This document shows positions 62,602 to 64,000 of a stretch of 64,000 nt of DNA, piece after piece. Below the pieces are notes generated by a model that saw only the letters and a program-made list of their open reading frames with translations, searched no databases and was not told where the DNA came from. The stretch comes from a virus. Taxonomy: Duplodnaviria > Caudoviricetes. Each line of letters opens with the position of its first letter. Position 1 is the stretch's first letter. The stretch lies in IMG/VR virus record IMGVR_UViG_3300030419_006251, positions 136,761-200,760 of that record; one strand, given 5' to 3'. Position numbers and translations under genes: made by a program.

Positions 62602-62866
62602 TTATCTTCCTTGCGCGCCAGATGCTAAACTTCTCGGGATTCATCCCTCCTACAACATTATCAAGTTGTTCGTCTGTGAGAGCACTGGATATAACTCTTA
62701 TCTGATCTCTCCTCCACCATCCGATCGGATCGCTGCGAGATCCCCATCTTATGCGGCACTCGACTCCGCGACAGTCGATAACCAAACCAACGCACTTCAG
62801 CCCTCGTCGCTCGTCATAAATAGCGACAACAAGATCGCCAATGCTGGGTGCACCACTGTTTCTCAT
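62588..62866 (-). CDS. SH3/KOW-like array protein with C-terminal LTDEQLDNVVGG extension
   Basis: IGDLVV...VGLVID...CRIRW...IRVISS, then LTDEQLDNVVGGM. Confidence 0.68.
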   Translation of the reverse strand: MRNSGAPSIGDLVVAIYDERRGLKCVGLVIDCRGVECRIRWGSRSDPIGWWRRDQIRVISSALTDEQLDNVVGGMNPEKFSIWRARKINEGW

Positions 62867-62913
62867 ATATATAGAATACCTCTAGTCTGCAAAATAGTCA
62901 AGTCAACAAAATG

Positions 62914-63174
62914 TCAAAGGCTGGACTCATTGAAAGCGATGTCTGCCCATTGTTTCGCAAATCTCAATGAGGCTGAGTCGATCCCTTCCTGTTCCGCGTC
63001 ACGCGCTTCGCGCGCAAACTTACGCAGCATCTTAATAAATGCAATCTTGCCATACTTTACTTGGGCTCCAGCATATGCTGTTCCCCCTTGTCGCTTGTAA
63101 AAATGACTAACGATCTTGAATGAATCTATAATGCCCTGTCTATCATCAGTGTCAACAACGAGTGTGATCTTCAT
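62914..63174 (-). CDS. Hypothetical protein (86 aa)
   Basis: ATG at 63174 with AGGAG SD; stop inside TTGACA. Confidence 0.6.
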   Translation of the reverse strand: MKITLVVDTDDRQGIIDSFKIVSHFYKRQGGTAYAGAQVKYGKIAFIKMLRKFAREARDAEQEGIDSASLRFAKQWADIAFNESSL

Positions 63175-63193
63175 ATTTGGCTCCTGTTTATAT

Positions 63194-63222
63194 ACTATAA
63201 CTGAGCCTCGTGCGCGTGTCAA
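63194..63222 (-). promoter_or_regulatory. Sigma70-type promoter (single -35)
   Basis: TTGACA-17-TATAGT. Confidence 0.7.
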
Positions 63223-63521
63223 GAACTTTCTTCACTTTCGTATCCAAATAATACAGTGCCGATTCCTATAAATCTTACTTTTATACCAACGGGTAAAAAC
63301 ATTTCTTTCTGAGATTCGGTGATCACAGAAAGAGGCTCGCTGAGTGTTTTAGTTTCATCCGTGAGATTTGGGAATATGTCGTAGACATATAGCCCTCTCC
63401 CGAGCATATGTTCGACTCTTTTTATAGCACCCTTGGCGATTTCTTCATATGCGTAGTACACATGATATTTTTCTGATTCATTCTCCAGCACATGATAATA
63501 AACTTTGAATTGCTCTGCCAT
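63219..63521 (-). CDS. Hypothetical protein
   Basis: 100 aa ORF. Confidence 0.5.
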   Translation of the reverse strand: MAEQFKVYYHVLENESEKYHVYYAYEEIAKGAIKRVEHMLGRGLYVYDIFPNLTDETKTLSEPLSVITESQKEMFLPVGIKVRFIGIGTVLFGYESEESS

Positions 63522-63711
63522 CTATAGCCTCACTTATTATTGTAATCTCATATTCATAATACCATTCTATTGTCTGTTCTTCAAATAAATATACACGACT
63601 TACGGGCCAAAGGCCGGTATCGGTGTCAACTTCCAATATGATGCCGCGCAATATCATCGTTCCGTCATCAAAGTCGGGGCGCAGAATCTCGATGTAATCA
63701 CCCACCTTCAT
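63478..63711 (-). CDS. SH3/KOW-like array protein
   Basis: MKVGDYIEI...RGIILEV...SRVYL...ITIISE. Confidence 0.68.
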   Translation of the reverse strand: MKVGDYIEILRPDFDDGTMILRGIILEVDTDTGLWPVSRVYLFEEQTIEWYYEYEITIISEAIDGRAIQSLLSCAGE

Positions 63712-63977
63712 TTTTGCTCACTAACCAGTTCAAGTCTGTATTTTTCGTCGTCAACATGGCACACCACCCATGTGTCTACATGCGGAGGCGTGCAATATAT
63801 AATCACCACATCTGCATGTTCTCCGCAACCTCTAGCTATATCTACAATGATACCATAAGAGTATGTGTTTTCTATCGGTGTGACTTCTCCGTCGCTACTT
63901 GCTGCAAACACCGCAACGCCTATGGGCCAGCGCACATAATCTCCTACATTGAACCTGTGTTCTTCTGCTTGCTCCAC
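63708..63977 (-). CDS. SH3/KOW-like array protein
   Basis: FNVGDYVRW...YGIIVDI...VIIY...LELVSEQK. Confidence 0.65.
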   Translation of the reverse strand: MEQAEEHRFNVGDYVRWPIGVAVFAASSDGEVTPIENTYSYGIIVDIARGCGEHADVVIIYCTPPHVDTWVVCHVDDEKYRLELVSEQK

Positions 63978-64000
63978 TCAGCACTAAGCCCCCAATCGAG

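Noticed and set aside
62866-62917. Twelfth triple -35 promoter
   Set aside because: TTGACA-5-TTGACT is present, but the third hexamer and -10 do not fit the 9/17 spacing; left as a degenerate candidate.
54871-63977. Integron cassette array
   Set aside because: No RYYYAAC...GTTRRRY attC palindromes and no tyrosine integrase in the window; junctions lie inside coding overlaps.
1-64000. Stop-codon reassignment (common in jumbo phages with many tRNAs)
   Set aside because: Conserved enzymes are full-length in code 11; TAA, TGA and TAG all end genes with tight overlaps; no suppressor anticodon among the tRNAs.
1-64000. Plus-strand ORFs from the track (e.g. 51161..52000, 62489..63100, 49586..50062, 45517..46110)
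   Set aside because: All are antisense shadows of well-supported minus-strand genes, with no motifs, SD or promoter support.

Overview
This window looks like part of a large (jumbo) bacteriophage genome, not a cell or an NCLDV. Essentially all credible genes lie on the minus strand and are densely packed, with Shine-Dalgarno sites, sigma70-type promoters, six tRNA or tRNA-like genes and a tmRNA. Left to right: (i) putative baseplate genes and a sigma-factor-like gene (1-3.9 kb); (ii) an ~18 kb glycan island with gmd, fcl, a transaldolase/AraD/RpiB/HldE-like higher-carbon-sugar block and about 8 glycosyltransferase-like genes (4-22.4 kb); (iii) nuclease, PhoH, SpoU methylase, ClpP, tRNAs, tmRNA and thioredoxin (22-32 kb); (iv) large acidic proteins, probably virion-internal, including one of 2273 aa (32.5-46.5 kb); (v) a repeat-rich non-coding boundary (47.7-48.3 kb); (vi) a GC-richer early/host-takeover-like region (48.3-64 kb). 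The most striking structure is in (vi). About 25 tandem 50-90 aa SH3/KOW-like genes (MKVGDLV...LEVISE), several missed by the ORF track, are chained by a 33-bp junction repeat. That repeat is at once the C-terminus and stop of one gene and the Shine-Dalgarno, start and N-terminus of the next. Region (vi) also has eleven 55-bp promoters carrying three phased -35 hexamers, an oriented AATAAACCTT motif and a 176-nt structured RNA candidate. Other oddities are a tRNA-Ile(UAU)-like gene whose D-loop appears moved into the variable arm, and a GCCGGC palindrome iterated in the AT-rich core but absent from the early region. Functional calls come from motif recognition by eye; no database searches were run.
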